Shown: piece after piece, positions 57,650 to 59,362 of the stretch
How the letters are laid out: each line of letters opens with the position of its first letter
Position numbering within the stretch: position 1 is the first letter of the stretch
Assembly (NCBI GenBank): GCA_904063045.1
Contig: CAJFCJ010000043.1
Span: 1-59,362 of the forward strand
DNA: 59,362 bases
Source: Dimorphilus gyrociliatus
Lineage: Eukaryota; Animalia; Annelida
Direction of reading: 5' to 3'
Notes under the pieces: generated by a model
Seen by the model: only the letters and a program-made list of their open reading frames with translations
The model's database searches: none
Told to the model about the DNA's origin: nothing
Position numbers and translations under genes: made by a program

Positions 57650-58255
57650 ACATTTTGGATTGAAAAATGGTTGTAAGGAGTAAAGAAGCTTTTGATTTGT
57701 AGTTAGGGTGGTTCCATCTAAAGGTTATGGGTCATCAAAAAGATGAAAGGGAGATAAGGGCTAGGTAGGGTTAGGGTTAAACTATGCAAATAGGGACATT
57801 TTCTGTCTTTTCCTGGTGTTCACATTCAAAAGTAAAAAAAATACGCACATTAAAGCCCCTGTTCCAATTATTATCATCAAACATGATGTGATGTTGCGTC
57901 AAGTTGAGCAATCCAGAGTTGACCAAACAACCAAACAATAAGGCCCCAGTTAAGGGACACTAAAAAAAAGAATAGTATAAAAGAAGTAAATGTGGCTGAA
58001 AATGTTTTGTGAGAGAAACAATGGCGGTAACAAAATAGAATTGAAACAAGATTTGCAGTAATTCCCGATACAAGTCAAATAAAATCGGATACGACAGAAA
58101 ATTTCCCCAAATGCATGGTTTAACCCTAACCCTAACCTAGCCCTTGTCTCTCCTTAACCTTTTTGATTGCTCCTAACCCTTAGATGGAACCCACCCTCCT
58201 AACTATAAATCTAAAGCTACTTGACTCCTTCTAACCATTTTTCAATCTGAAATGT
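57650..58255. mobile_element. Two TTAGGG-module MITE copies in inverted orientation (57650-57813 and 58087-58255)
   Basis: GATTGAAAAATGGTT..GTTCCATCTAA.GGTTA..AAGGGCTAGGT(T)AGGGTTAGGGTTAAA..GGGACATTTTCTGTC and its reverse complement, separated by a 273-bp spacer. Confidence 0.85.
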
Positions 58256-58585
58256 TGTTAAAATCATATATTGTTAAGCTTTGGTCATTTAACATAGATA
58301 ATTTAAATGGACTACTTATAAAAATTCTAGTATCAACAAATATACAATCATAAAAGAAATTTATTTTCATTACTTTATTGGAAGTCATCAATTAATCATT
58401 GGTTCATTCAAAAAAAAAAAACATTAAACATTTTCAATATAGTCATATATTGTATTAGAATAAGAACCATACTAAAAAAAAATCAATTTCAGGCTGGGAG
58501 CCAATTACTTCAAAAAAAACTTTAACAATAGTTTACATTGGAAGATCATAATAATTGTTGCTTTAAACATAATTATTAGAAATGA

Positions 58586-59362
58586 CTATGACATGCAGAA
58601 CTTACTGTTTGTGTGTAACTGATGTTTAATATTGACATCATTTATTAAATTTTCATTGCCTTTAAGCTTAACAGATTGAAGGTATGGACATTCAATCAAA
58701 AGATTGTTAAAGATATCACAAGCATTCCTCGTTATTTTACAATATTCTAAATTTATCTCTTCCAAATAGCAAGATGACTTTTGAAGTTGTCTAAAAATAT
58801 GTATAATTCCATTTCGCATTTTTACATTTAAACTTAGATCAATTGTTTTAATATTTTCACAGTTTCTTAAAAGATCTGCAAGATGTAAACATGAGCTGTT
58901 TCTTAAATTACAATTTGAAAATATAATTTTATTTAGAATGAAATTTGAGCTTTTAAGTCCATCACAAAGATATACCAAACCATTTTTTATATTAGGATTA
59001 TTAGTAAAATAGGCAGATTCAATAGAACAAGAGCAATTTAAAAGTTCTCCGATACGTTGACACAATCTGTTATTAAGATTACAGGAACTAAAATTAACAC
59101 TGACTAACAAAGATTTCATTTTTCCCAAATGTGAAAGAATATTTGAAAATTCTGAAAAACTTTGAAATGTTTCACCAAGATGTTCTGTACAAATTTTATA
59201 TGACTTTACAATAATATTTCCAATAAATTCTGCCGAATCACAATTTATACAGATTTTACAACTAAATAAAATTTCTTTATCATTGATTTTTCCTTTGAAA
59301 ACAAAAGGTTTGATATTATAATTTGAATTTCCATATAAATGAATAGTTGGAATATTATTGAA
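58586..59362 (-). CDS. 3' part of an NLR-type LRR protein, open to the window edge
   Basis: The frame of ORF 58586-59128 has no stop up to 59362 (FNNIPTIHLYGN..HLGKMKSLL); 57-aa LRR units (IKTIDLSLNVKMRNGIIHIFRQLQKSSCYLEEINLEYC) like 3994-5340. Confidence 0.8.
   Translation of the reverse strand, partial: FNNIPTIHLYGNSNYNIKPFVFKGKINDKEILFSCKICINCDSAEFIGNIIVKSYKICTEHLGETFQSFSEFSNILSHLGKMKSLLVSVNFSSCNLNNRLCQRIGELLNCSCSIESAYFTNNPNIKNGLVYLCDGLKSSNFILNKIIFSNCNLRNSSCLHLADLLRNCENIKTIDLSLNVKMRNGIIHIFRQLQKSSCYLEEINLEYCKITRNACDIFNNLLIECPYLQSVKLKGNENLINDVNIKHQLHTNSKFCMS

Overview
Very AT-rich animal (eukaryotic) genomic DNA with tiny GT-AG introns (about 50-80 nt). There are no rRNA, tRNA or CRISPR features. 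The earthworm-lumbrokinase-like protease, TTAGGG-bearing repeats and compact introns point to a small-genome lophotrochozoan, plausibly an annelid such as Dimorphilus (inference only). The window looks like a birth-and-death zone for host-defence and cell-surface genes, interleaved with Mutator/Phantom-type DNA transposons and LINE, Gypsy and Tc1 debris. Apparently intact genes: a chymotrypsin-fold protease (12163-13035), a tandem F-type lectin (23597-24943), a 2435-aa single-ORF NACHT-LRR (NLR) with 23 two-LRR units (33150-40457), a head-to-head pair of GPI-anchored Ly6/quiver-like genes with a p53-family-like element between them (42897-44807), a class A GPCR (45910-46815), and an LRR ORF running off the right end. 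Disabled genes: CD225/dispanin, an LRR gene, a PAN-trefoil gene, C1q, two MAM-domain paralogs, LDLa-LRR and EGF-VWD relics, a head-to-head pair of guanylate-binding proteins (one ending in CaaX and split by a MULE with a 9-bp TSD), a truncated GPCR and the C-terminal half of RNF213 including its RZ finger. The most notable signal is that NLR, GBP x2, RNF213 and CD225 (cell-autonomous immunity families) sit within 60 kb. All family calls are by-eye motif recognition, not database searches.
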